Shown here in pieces: positions 1-12,823 of a stretch of 64,000 bases of DNA. The position numbers were made by a program, and so were the translations under genes. The stretch's first letter is position 1, and every line of letters starts with the position of its first letter. The notes under the pieces were generated by a model. It was not told the origin of the DNA, did no database searches, and saw only the letters and a list, made by a program, of their open reading frames with translations. This DNA is from Octopus bimaculoides (lineage: Eukaryota), in contig NC_068984.1 in NCBI RefSeq assembly GCF_001194135.2, forward strand, positions 33,410,347 through 33,474,346, read 5' to 3'.

Positions 1-146
1 TATATATTTATATATATATATAGTGATGCGCGTATATATATTTAATCATATGCATATATACGTGCGTAGTACGTAGATACATACATACATTCATACATAC
101 ATAGATACATACATACATACATACAGACAGACAGACAGACAGACAT

Positions 147-177
<31 letters not shown>

Positions 178-192
178 GGCAGACAGACAGAC
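1..192. repeat. Compound microsatellite (TA)n / (TACA)n / (CAGA)n
   Basis: Directly visible tandem repeats; explains ORF 8..199 (SVCL repeats). Confidence 0.95.
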
Positions 193-194
193 GC

Positions 195-420
195 TGCAAT
201 GGTCTGAGATATACATAACGGAATCTGCTTCAGAATAGCAAACATTTCATGCAATCGGTCGTAAGGTGTTAGCCTGTTGACTTCGGTTTCTATTTCTGCA
301 GCGGTCACCTTTTGACGTCAATTCAATTTAGGTTTTATTGAAAACCTTGAACTAACACACTACACTGCAATCACTTATTCCATTTAGAAGTAAATCTTAT
401 TCATTGTCTCAGTGATTGAT
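195..420 (-). mobile_element. Possible N-terminal relic of a Penelope-like element ORF
   Basis: Minus strand reads SSRFSIKPKLN*RQKVTAAEIETEVNRLTPYDRLHEMFAILKQ. This loosely resembles the PLE pre-RT pattern F..P...I.A.IE...L.....R.EI..ILK. Weak, by-eye match. Confidence 0.3.
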
Positions 421-1737
421 TAGTTGATTGATTTTTATTGTTACGGCCTTTGATTGGTTGCTGATCTTTCCTTAATTGCTGGTTTCTTTAATTGTTCGTT
501 TCGGTTGGCTGATAAGAATTTCGCTTCTTCAGAACAAACTATTTTTAATTATAAGTCTTTGAAGTAGTTTCTCATTGTATACGTTTCCAAACCAGGTAGA
601 TTATATGTGGTGGGGCTTAACGTTTATAATACCGTTTATTCTCAAAGATAGCACTCATTTGGCTTGTTTTTAATTTTATTGCTCTTCCTCTTTTATATTT
701 CCTTACTATGAGCATGGTTATTCCGCACGGTTACATATGCTCATTTAACTGGCGTGGCAAATGTCTCAAAGTCATTATTCAATTTCCCTTTTAAAATTAT
801 CGATTCAATAAGCTTGCATTCCATGTCGATTCCACAGTAAACAATGAAAGACGTGCGCAATTTATCGCCTTGTAAGTAATAATAATCATAAGAAGACATA
901 TTCTTACAGTCTTGATGGGGAAATGGTAAGTAATCAAAGAAGCGTTGAAGTTAATTACTATTCGTTGCAGGTGATGACACCTATGAATAGTCGATGGAAC
1001 AATTTAGCTATTCAAAATTTGAGCAGATTAATGCCATCGATTTGTTCACAAGAGAAATTAGAATTTGCCGTCTAAATTCTATTGTTTGAAATTTTAAAAG
1101 ACAAAACAGAGAAGTAATATGTTATGCTGATGTTCCTAAGTAGAAATACTTGTGCCTCCTGACAAGCATAGTAAATTTTGCATTCGAGTGGTACAAAATA
1201 TGTCAGGCAATTACGCAGTACTATGGACAAACGGTATCAAATACAGTACAAATTCGTTTATATCCTTCTACTGCGTTTCTCACAAGAGAGCAGTGGTGGT
1301 GGTGATTAGGCTTCATGTATTTCTGTCAAACATATTAGTTAGGTTAGGCAGGCACTTATCTTATATAACACTATGTAAGGGAACGGGGAGTATACTTTTG
1401 TCACAACATGGTTTTATATAAATTTTAATAGGCTTGAACGTAGAGTTGAGATGCACACAAACGTATTATGTCCTTCTTTGCATATGTATAAATGGGTATA
1501 CTTTAATGTGTATGTGAAGAAAGAGCATTGTAATTTGCTTGAAGCTTTGTCATATGGTAAAATAAAATAAAGTTGATTGGTTTTTAGACTACGACAGAGA
1601 GAAAGAGAATTAAGAATTTATATATTTCTAATATCTTGAGAGAGTCATTATAAATTATTAATACTCCTTTTTGCAAAGTAAGCATCAGACCACCTTATTT
1701 ACGTGTGCGTGCACGCACATTTTCAGAAATGTTTACG

Positions 1738-1744
1738 TGCGTGC

Positions 1745-1820
<76 letters not shown>
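1738..1820. repeat. (GT)n microsatellite
   Basis: Directly visible, about 40 units. Confidence 0.97.
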
Positions 1821-1822
<2 letters not shown>

Positions 1823-3888
1823 TGTTTGTGGTGTAATATATAGATTCCTAGAATTGTGTGGTTTTCATAGAAAGCTCCTCTAACGGACTCGGCTAATAGA
1901 CCACACAGTATTTAAACACAGAAGAGTGTTTTATAGAACCACGTGCAATGAAATTCAGAAAATCCGATAGGTGAAATAATTTCATGAGGTGTGAATAAGC
2001 CATAAAATATAAGGAGGTATGAGAGGTGAATATCTTTATGTGACCACTTGACATAGTTAGAATTACGACCGTTTTACTGATTTCTCATATGCTTACAGGC
2101 CTGCATTTAGATGCATGCTACACGTTATACAATTATACAATACAATTCTATAATCACAAATCAACGCAGATAAAAAAAAACTAACTCACCAGATCACCAG
2201 AACACCATGGTTACATCAACGATTCACATCTAAGNNNNNNNNNNATATATATATATATAATCTTTTTATATATAATAACAGAAAGACTACACTCAGGGCT
2301 GTTTTCTGATAGCCCCTTCATAATATCTTCCTATTTGATTCCCCATTCTAATAATTTTTATATCTTACGTCTAATTATTTCATTGTATAATAGTGTTTCT
2401 CTTGCTTAGTAAATATTGCTGTCATTATTTTATCACAGTCATAATTTCTTTAAAGAAACATAAAGGTAGTCCAACAACAGAAGAAGCAGTTTGTCAAATT
2501 TTACCTTACCCTGAAAGCAACATAGAGATTTCAATTCAGTAGCCCATCTGTAAGCATTGTAGTGTAAGTGTGTGTGAGTGAGAGAGAGAGAACATTGCAA
2601 ACAATGAATGAAATAAACATTTAATGTAAAAATCGTGTAAATAAAAGGGCATTAATACAGATGTATACGCGCTCGAATTTGTTGCCTCATAACACCCACA
2701 GAAATGGATACTCTTTAAGAAAATTTTCAGCAAATACCGCTTAGATAGTGTGGCTTCAGATTTTATAGGGATTTATGAGAAATACTTTTTGCGAGGGGTT
2801 GGAGAGTGGAGTTTCAGAAAATTTTCCCCTCATAACTTTTAGGAAGATGGATATCTTTTAATGAAAATATATACAAATCCCTTTCAAACAGCATAGATTA
2901 CAATTATAAATTTGTGAGGAAAATTTTTTCGGGGATTTTCCCTAATGTTTTAAACTTATAGCTTTCGAAATGATGGGGCGTGGTGGGATCTTTGTATGAA
3001 AAATGTTCTGAAAACTCTTTTATTTTACACCTACCTCCCTGATCATCCCATTCCGGACCATTTTTCTTTCTTTTTTTTTTTTTTGCACTTCAAAACCATG
3101 GGTAAAAAAAAAAGAAGTTTTTAAAAAATCGTTAATATTTTCAAAAGGGAAAACTTGATTTAAGGGTGATTTGGCTGTTGTTTCTAGCACATTCAAAGAC
3201 AACCCTCTTCCTTTGTTTATCATTCTCGCATGTATTGATGTTTTTCAATATTTTTCCCCATAAATACATTTATATTGTATAAAAAAGAAAATTTGAGAAA
3301 TTATGAATATTTTGGAACCCCACTCTCTGTCCCCTGAGACGGTCATTCCTGGCAATCATCCAGTGATTAAAAAACAAAATACGGAGATGTACTTGCATAG
3401 TAATTGACTTCATTTGAGATCGTATGCTAAAACAATAGCAACTGCAGCGCGGAAGTTGTTTGTAAACCATTCAAGAACACACAAATACCGTTAGTTTCAT
3501 TTGAACATTAAAACTTCAATTGTGTCAAAATATTTTCGTCGCTTTGAAACCGTGATCTGTTCACTGATAAAACTTCCCAAAAGTGATGCAGCACGAAGTT
3601 TTGTCAGTGAAAAGCACACGCTATAACGCGTTCGAAAATTATACGGATATTTTTTTAAAAATTCATTCAATAAGTAATGGTTTACACAACATGTACATTA
3701 ATAGCGAATTAAAACTTAAAACAGAATGTGAGAGATATTGCAAATGAAGATTGAATACTCCTCAGCGAATGCAATGAATATATAGATTTGTGATGAATTT
3801 GACGCAGTCATCCCTGTAATAATTGCTTTCTTTTGCTACTTTTAGTAATTGTTACATACCTAACTTATAAGCAGCTTTCTCAATCATA

Positions 3889-3941
<53 letters not shown>

Positions 3942-4017
3942 TATGTGTGTGTGAGTGTGCGTGTGTATTGTGTCATCCCATAAATAATGCTGTTTTTTCA
4001 ATTGCATGAACTAAAAG

Positions 4018-5093
4018 TCGGAGGGGGCGGGATAAAGTACCTGCATTGACTTACTATATAAGCAGATCGTAATTTTACCCTGTACTGATTCCTAGAACAA
4101 GTTTTGAAGAGTGTAGTTCGATTTTAATAGGTATTTTTTCAAAGCTATAATGGAAATGACAAAGAAGCATATTCTACATATTTTGCTTTATGAGTCCACA
4201 AAAGGTAACACTCCAACGGAAAGTGTGAGGAATATTAATGCAGTATATGGGGATCGGACGTTAAGCGTAAACCAGTTTCAACGGTGATTCCAGAAATTCT
4301 GAGCCGGCATCTACAGCCTAGAAGACGAGTGTCGACTTGGAAGATTTGTAGAGCTCGACGAGGAGGTCCTGCAATCCCTGGTGGAACAAAATCCCATCGT
4401 AACTGTTGAGGTACTAGCAGAGAAGCTTGGATTTGGTCATTCAACTTTTCATCGACGCTTGCGTGCCATCGGAAAAGTCAGAAGATTAAGTCAATGCGTT
4501 CCTCACAAACTTTCCTAGTCTAATCGCATGGAGAGAGTGAATGTGTGCTTTTCTTTGCAGTCACGTCTCACGAATGAACCATTTCTGGACCGAAATGATT
4601 TCTCTATAAAATTGTCAAGCGCCGAGGACAGTGCGTAAGGAATGGAGAAACACCGGCACCTCAGGCTAAAAGTCTTCACTCATGTAAGAGTTTGTTATCT
4701 GTTTGGTGGCATATGAAAGGTTTAGTCTATTTTGAACTTTTAAACCCAAACCAACTAATAACAAAAGAGATCTACTGTCAGCAGCTTAGGCGACTTAAGT
4801 CAGGACTAGAAAGAAAACGACCGTCTTTGGTTTCAAGACAAACGGTGCTCTTCCATCAGGATGATGCCGGCCAAATACAACGTGGATAACATTCCGAAGA
4901 CTGGAGTAGTTAGAAAGGGAAATGATGCCCCATCCACGATATTCGCCGGACATTGCTCCATCTGATAAATCAGTTATTCCGAAATCTTCTAGAAGTGGAC
5001 AGAACAGTAGTAGTGGATTATTCTTCGTCACGGACAGGTAAATTTTGGAAGAGGGGCCTTGCAAGTCTACCAGATAGATAGAAGAATATTGTA
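4018..5093 (+). mobile_element. Decayed mariner (DD34D) transposon, 3'-truncated at a (CA)n tract
   Basis: ATG at 4150 gives MEMTKKHILHILLYESTKGNT..NINAVYGDRT (HTH). Then CVPH (WVPH motif), LSVWWHMKGLVYFELL, HQDDA (second Asp) and HPRYSPDIAPSD (YSPDL motif). Stops and frameshifts present; the region of the first Asp is deleted. Confidence 0.93.
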
Positions 5094-5399
5094 ACACACA
5101 CACACACACACACACAAATACATATATTAAATGTCATCCCTGTTACGTTCCTGCAACACAAAATCTTGTCCGCAAAGCCACTTGCGTGCACATGATCGTG
5201 CAGAGTACAATTGACAGATGACACTCTTGTGACAAGAAGTAGCCATCAACGCATGCACACACACGCGCCCATGCACACACACATACACCACACATATAAC
5301 ACACACACACACATACATAACTATAAGGTTTTGTAAAACTTATAATTACATTATTTAGAAAAGTATGTTTTAAAAGCTATTAACTATTTGAAAAACTCC

Positions 5400-6430
5400 T
5401 TTCGTTTAACAGAATATTCCTACACTTTGTGGAAGAACATAGTATGTATTTTGTGTGTAAGCGCTTTCATTTTTAAATTTAGCAAACACACACGCTCCGG
5501 GGCAATGCATGAATGCGAAGTTGCTTTTTGTAGTAATGTTAATTATCTGTGTTATATTTTCGGATATAAAATTTTTGTTTAGTGTTCTTTTCCGCTGTAG
5601 TTGATCATTTTAATCTTTTATTCTGTAAGAGGGGAATATCTTAAACTGTTGTTTGCACAAATCTCTAAATTTTACTACAGGAAGCATTCCTGAGAGATGA
5701 GTATTTAATATGCATTATGCGCACGTTTGCAATTCATGTTTGTATTCCTTTTCAATTTCTTCCCATTCTTGAATCTTTTGTCTCTTATTTGCTCAATTAT
5801 TTCACGTCTCACAACAAAGGTCTCCACAATTTGCCACTTGTATCATTTCCTTCTCAAGTGTGAATCTCGCCTTTGTTAGAATACTCTTGTGTTTTGGTAG
5901 CTGTCATGCAATGTTGAGGATTTGTGGTCTTTTTAATTATGTGACGGAGATTTCATGATTGATGTGAAACTGCGAAGTGTCGTTTGGCTGAATGGAGGAT
6001 AATGTGGTTCCTCGGTTCACAGGTGATTACAAACGGAATATTTATATTTGGATTTTCATTTTTACTCTTAACATGAGTTTTCTCTGTAAGATATAGATCG
6101 AGATTTCCCTTCCCTTATCTATGTCATGATCTCCTTGTTTTTGGTTTTGGTGATGGGGTTATATTTGTTTTTGAATGGACATATTTAGTTCTACCGGTCG
6201 TTTCTCTCATTTATTGATATCTAAGTATTGAAAGTATGCATCGTGACATACCGAATGATAAGCTTCTTTCTGTGTGGGATGTGTGGCAACATCTAAAATC
6301 TAAATATCGGTGCGTGTCTCTGTCTTTGAAATAGATACCGGTTGTAACGGTCTCAGTTCCTTTGATTATTGAAATATCCACAAAAGGAAGGTCCTTTTCA
6401 TTATTCCCATGGGGTTTTTCCAACGACTGC
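5400..6430 (-). mobile_element. Penelope-like element relic with Cys-rich linker (Neptune-like): RT thumb plus GIY-YIG region
   Basis: ORF 6211..6423 LPFVDISIIK..TTGIYFKDRDTHRYLDFRCCHTSH is the PLE RT C-terminal motif. Downstream IPFVIT..., KARF..NCGDLCCET and NMNCK..N.Y.LIS.EC match a Cys linker and the GIY-YIG start. Confidence 0.8.
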
Positions 6431-6567
6431 TAAATGCTATTTACCGCAGAAACCATGTAATGTCCCCGTCAATTTTGCTCCAAAACATAAAGCAGTCATC
6501 CAAAAATATATTGCAGTTTCCAATTAAAGAGGTTTAGAAATAAAGAGTAAAAATATCTCTCTCTCTC

Positions 6568-6599
<32 letters not shown>

Positions 6600-6665
6600 C
6601 ATACATACATATACATACATACATACATATGGTTCCTGAGATAGTGATTATATACGCATGAATAT

Positions 6666-6667
<2 letters not shown>

Positions 6668-6740
<73 letters not shown>
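6668..6740. repeat. (ATT)n microsatellite
   Basis: About 24 perfect units; explains the poly-Ile ORF. Confidence 0.97.
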
Positions 6741-6745
<5 letters not shown>

Positions 6746-7199
6746 CTATGTGTCTTCATTGTCATACTATTATTTTATTTTCAGGCCTGCCAGTTCTAAC
6801 CTAACTTCAGTTTTCCTCCATTCACCTCTCTTCTCTTCCTGCTACCGTGCTACAGTGCTATGATCATTCTTTAGCCGAATGTGTTTTGGGGGCCGTACCA
6901 CCGTCAAAAATGCCTGTACAAGAATCCTATGCAAGCCTTATTTCAGTTTTATGTAATGTCAATAATTGTTTTGGGATGAAATATTTTCTTAACATGAGGG
7001 GAACGAATATTCTTCTGAACGCTGCTCTGTTTATGGTACGAGTGGCCATTTAGTTATATTCTAGTTAGGTACCTAGAGGACTACGAGATCTCTAGTCGAG
7101 TAACATGCATGTTTGGGTCGTATAATGGCGCTTTCTTGATATAAGTATTGCTTAAATTCTTTTCATTTGTTTGCTCTTTGTTAAATGAGATTGGATTCG

Positions 7200-7560
7200 C
7201 ATTGCTCCCACATGAAGTACTTCCGAAGGTCCTCGTCCGTATAATTAACCTTCCTGTGTGAGTTGATTGATGTCGCAGCGACTAAGTCATTGATGCACAG
7301 ATGCAAATCGGAGTACATAAGAATCGAAATCTGGGGATCGCTAGATTTGCTTACGAAGGTATTACAAAGAGATATTTTATCCCATGCCGTGAAGATGTGG
7401 TCTCAGATGATCATTTCATTCCAAGAGATGAGATATGAAATCCCTAAAATGTTTTGAGAGATTTACGTATTGCACATGGTTGAAAGCTAAACTGATGTCT
7501 CGGGAAACAGCTTTGTTGTTACTAATCTTCTCTGGAGCTATGAGTGACATATAAATGTAA
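7200..7560 (-). mobile_element. Highly decayed non-LTR (CR1/L2/Jockey-type) RT fragment
   Basis: Minus strand RDISLAFNHVQYVNL resembles DISKAFDRVWH, followed by LHLCINDL resembling LFLIYINDL. Motif order is correct but identity is low. Confidence 0.45.
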
Positions 7561-10500
7561 GTTGCCAGTGTATCCGTCACTGCAATATTCGCAATACAAT
7601 CCATAAAACACGCTACATACTTCAGTTCAATTCAATTTTGCAAACTTCATCATTAAGGTAACCCATCAACAAGTCAAGCCATAAACGATAAGAGATTACA
7701 CTTTGCCCCACATCATACTTTTGTGCTCTTTATCTCAGTTACATAAGTTTTCGATGCATACTTTACTGTCATTCTGAAAGCAGTCCCCTTCACCTTAAAG
7801 CAGTGATTGGGACACAATATGAACCTTTTAAAAAAATATAGACACCAGTGATATCAAGCAAACATTTATTTTCTTGGCTTCTGAAGGCATGATTTAATCC
7901 AATGTGCTTAGAAGTCGTTGAGAACAAGTTATATGTTAAATCGTGTTACGTTCTCAGTCTATAAATGTACAGCTTTTACGAATATACAGAAAATGTTCTA
8001 ATGCAGGTCCTTCCGAGCGAACAGTCATGTAGCTGTCATTCCTCATTTACTTAAGAGGATGGGTAATTTGATTTTAGCTGTTGCGAAATCTGCAAAAGCA
8101 TTCACACTTATAGTGATATATAATACACTACACCTAACGATGACCGGCACCCATTCCTACATTAGCATTACATCTTTGCCTTAATAATATTCACTTCATA
8201 TTTTTCGACAGCATCTATATGATGGTCTTCTGTCAGGTATTTGAATAAGTTAAATATTCCCCTAGATCTCTCTCTATGTAAGGAATTAATATTTCATCTA
8301 ATGTGACATTTACTAGCTATTGTGTTTTTTAACACATACTTCTTATTGTCATCAATTTTGATGTGTATATATTTCATTTTATATTTCATAATACGAACAT
8401 GTGTTGCCAGCGGCAGAACTTCAGATGTAAAGAATGCTTTCAAATCGATTCGCAAAGTTATCGCTTCGGTACATCTCCATTTAACCGCTACATTCTAGAT
8501 TCACAACATCAAACATCGATGTCACAATGTTCTAATCAGGCGACAAACATATGTTATAGTGATTCTGTTCAGGGAATTAATTTTAAATTAAAATTACCGA
8601 TACGCTATTTATCTATTTCATTTTCCTTTCATGTTTTCCTAATGTTTTTGTGCATTATTTATTTTTTGTTCGATGTTTTCTCCTTTGTAGAATGGCATTG
8701 GTTCTATTGACTAGTTGTGGACTTTATTACCTTTTACGACGGATATTAGCAGCGAAAGTTGAATGTATAGTTTCAGTTAAGAATCAATATCATAGAGGTT
8801 TGATACAATGGGAGTATATAAGCTTTCTCTAGATTTGCATCTAAAATTTGTTAAGGATAGTTAGCAAACATTTTGTAAAATAATTAACAACAATTTTAAT
8901 GCATATCACAAATTGATGTTGAATTCTCAGAATACTTATAAAACAGACTTCTTATGATTACCAATTACAGCCGATTCATTTCATTCTTTTTAATTATTTC
9001 CCCGGCATAAATAAGTGGAAGATATTTAAAACTTTCACTTTATTAAAAAAATTTTTGGAACTGATGTTGAAAATATATAATCTCGATGTATTCTATAATT
9101 GTGCAATCACACAGTAGTTATAGCAGTCTTGATTATGAACGTAGCTTCTCTGCTTCGAACTTATGAACGTAACTTCTCTGTTTCGCTAAATATCATATAT
9201 GTTTTTATAGTTAATTTTTTACTATGATATATATTCCTAATTTTGTCAAATGTTGATTAAATATTTCAAATATTGAATGGAATTCCTTGCAAAAGTATTG
9301 TCCTTTTTGATATCAGTGATTGCATGTGCTTAAGTGACGTTTTACATGCAGTTTCCGCCTGTTTGTGAAGAGGTGCTGTGACTGTCATCAAAGTCACAAT
9401 GTCAGAAAGGCAATTAGTTGGTTTTGATGTTCCCTAAGTACATTCTGGATCAATTTACTTTGTGCACGGAACAGAAGTACTTGAAATCCTTTTCATAACA
9501 TTACAATATACTGCAAAGTAAATAAAGACTGAATCAAATCCAATGTCAATGGGATAAAGCAGGTTTAAATTCAAATGTAGGCATAGATGCTGAGTCGGTG
9601 ATATATACCTTTCTTAGTTTCTACTAAAGTCATCTGGCATTCTCTGAAAACATACAAGACTCCTTGTTCAATACTCATTGTCTTATTATTTGCCGGACTG
9701 TTCGAGTGCTGTTACTTAAGTCATGCGCGTATGAAAAGCGTTGATATAAAATTAAGTATGCACTGCTTTCCATAACAATGTTTTCTGAGTACAGTATCGT
9801 ATTGGATTTTCTTTTTATTCTTCAAGTTACTACAAACACTGAAGTAAATGCAAATAGTATCTACTATTCTCAATTATATTGCTATTCTGATTTTTAGAAG
9901 AAACATTGTATCTTTGTATCAAGTTCTGATTTCAACTCTTATATAGTTGTTTGATTTGAAATGTAAAAGAGAAGCTATAAAATTATTATTTTGTTCAATC
10001 TTATTCTTGTCAGTTAATTCTGTTCTTTACTATATAATTAGATTTCATTATACATAAGAGGTACATCAAGTCAAACATCCTTCCTCTTCAAATACAGTGA
10101 TACAGTAATCGTTCGTATTAAATACGTGCAAAAAATAATGCATTTATATGTCTTGCATTACTACAGGATCTTGGAGTGAAAAGAAACTAATCTAATCGCT
10201 TCAATCATCTGCTTATCATAAATTAACTCGATACACATGGACCGAATTACAATTTAAGAAGAATACGAGACACGTACAATTAGGTAAGTGAAATGAATTC
10301 ATTCTGGTTACTATTATTCTATAGTGCATTCTTATGTTGAATTAAACACAACACTAAGGATTGTTTGCAGTAAATTACGCTGACTTAATAATATTAGAGA
10401 CATTCTTACATGGCCTCCCAAAAGGAGTTGATTTTGGCTTTATATGAATGCAAATCTAAAAGATAAAAAAATAACATGCTTGTTGCATTGTGTTGCTTCC

Positions 10501-11469
10501 GTTAATTTGAAATGTTTTCAGTGAATTATCATCTCTCCTTATTAATGGCAGTGCGAGTGGAGAATTGTTCCAATTCTCAAGGCAGTAAATGTTTGATGAA
10601 GTTCACTAGAATGCAAAGTATAATGAGAATCGTGAAATGTGACAATATGTTGTGACATTAAAAATTCAAAAGGATTATAGGTAAACTTTCAATCATGATC
10701 TAAATTTCGACAATATCTGAGCATCTACATTAAACACAAAAGAATTAAAATTGTTGTAATCATATATAGATCCGATAGCACAGTTATTGAAACAGTTTAT
10801 ATAGGAAAAGTGGAAAACGATTTCACTTTTTCCGAGTAGAATTATTGATGTAAGTGAACTAAAGTAAACAGCCAAGAAACATTGATAAAATCGTATGCTT
10901 GTACTGTTCTGCTAATGAAAATAAAAGCGGATGTGAATATTTCACGAGAGTATATCATACACAATTTTGAAACCGACAAAAATGAAATATTAAGAAAATA
11001 ATCAAGCAACTAAATGGTCAAGATAAATTATTTATTCCTAAAATTTCTAGTTAAATTCGACTGTATTTTACTCTATTGTAAATTCCTGTAACCCTCTATG
11101 AAGCGAACAGGCGTTATTTATCAAAGTAAGGGGCGTTTATTTAGTAAACGCCTCTTACTTTGATTGTTAACGCCCTAAAACTGCAAACAGTAGACATGTA
11201 GTAGTATGTCGTTCCCTCTTTGACAGTTTCGCCTCTAAACCTGATAAATAACGCTTTATTTTGATTTAGTAATTTGAATATAACAATTTTGGGTCAATAA
11301 CGTCAAACAGTTTTGTCACATATTAACTGCAGTCATTATTTCATTCTGATATTATTTAGTAATATCTGAAGCCACCCAGTTTCAACAAATGCAAAACAAT
11401 GCGTACACTCATGAGAGCGCGCGTACACACGCTCTCTTCCCTGTCTTTCTTCAAACACACACAATCATA

Positions 11470-11622
11470 TATAGATGGATAGATAGATAGATAGATAGAT
11501 AGATGCATTCATACATACATAATACATACATACATACATGCATACATACATACATACATGCATTCATACATACATACATACATACGTACATACATACATG
11601 CATACATACATGCATACATACT
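11470..11622. repeat. Compound (GATA)n then (TACA/TGCA)n microsatellite
   Basis: Directly visible. Confidence 0.95.
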
Positions 11623-12139
11623 ACGAATGAAGACGTTTATCGAAGGTCACGCTTAATAAGAACTTATACTAAGTGCTCGCGTAGTAAATAGTTTTACCTT
11701 CTCACTGTGGCTGCGTCTTGGATATATTATATTTTGACCAAGAAATGTTGATTTATTCGGAATAGGTCGACCCAGTTTGAGCTCAGTACAAATATGCAGA
11801 CATTACACAAATATCTAAAATGAAATTTGCTAACATGTAATATGTTTTCAAAATCTATCATAATTTACATGATTATTCTCAATTCCTTAATTCTTTGCTC
11901 TATTTAATATTCTTCATATTTCTAATAATTTGCTTATTCTGTGATTTTTAAGAAGTTATATATTCTGCAGCTTCCATGAAGGCACGTAACTTTTTGCAAA
12001 TTTTCACCGATCTAGATGTACTATATATAGTAAAGATAAGCAAGTTAGGCAGGACGATATAACTTGCTTATCCTTACATTTACTCCCCTACCAGTGTGTT
12101 CCATATGGACAATATCTGATTCTTATCTACGAATTATAC

Positions 12140-12199
12140 ACACACGCGCAAACACACGTGCACGTGCACACACACACACACACACACAGACACACACAG

Positions 12200-12234
<35 letters not shown>

Positions 12235-12236
12235 CA
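12140..12236. repeat. (CA)n microsatellite, interrupted
   Basis: Directly visible. Confidence 0.95.
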
Positions 12237-12785
12237 TATTAGAGGTTTTTCCTAGTTTACTTAACGGAATCGTTTATTTTCATCTTGTTAAACAATCAGT
12301 AAATACTACAATACTATACCAGTGTCTGATTTTTATGTTTGCTCTGCATAATAACCTAAATATTGTAACAATCTAACTTTCAAAATCACAAAAATGAACC
12401 CGTTCAGGTTGTTTTTGCAATCAACAAATGAAATCAATCAAGCAGCTATATTCGATAACTCTTGTCTTTGCATACGCTGCGAAGTAGGATTCGAGTAACA
12501 ATTTCAGAATTTTTCACATATTTTTATCTAGAAAAACAATTCAATAATCTTAAACACTTTCAGATGTCAGCATGTACAAGAAGAATAAATTCGAACACAA
12601 ATATAACTGATTTTGTGCAACACCTGATTGCCCTTCAAGTCAATATTTACTTATAATGTACAGCTGAATCTACATACATATATATATATATGCATATATC
12701 TATATATGTATGTCTATAACAATATCAATATATCTATCTGTATATATGTATGGATGTGTGTGTATGTGTTTGTGTGTGTGTGTGT

Positions 12786-12823
<38 letters not shown>

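Noticed and set aside
870-1075. Two closely spaced GTAAGT..CAG pairs suggesting micro-introns
   Set aside because: The implied introns are about 40 nt and the resulting peptide is short and unrecognisable; likely chance.
8090-8500. RT-like words AKAF and DVKNAFKSIR on the + strand
   Set aside because: Isolated motifs with no supporting QG or ADD motifs in order.
9133-9188. 28-bp tandem duplication (also a 31-bp one at 30902-30959)
   Set aside because: Only two units with no spacers; ordinary slippage duplication, not CRISPR.
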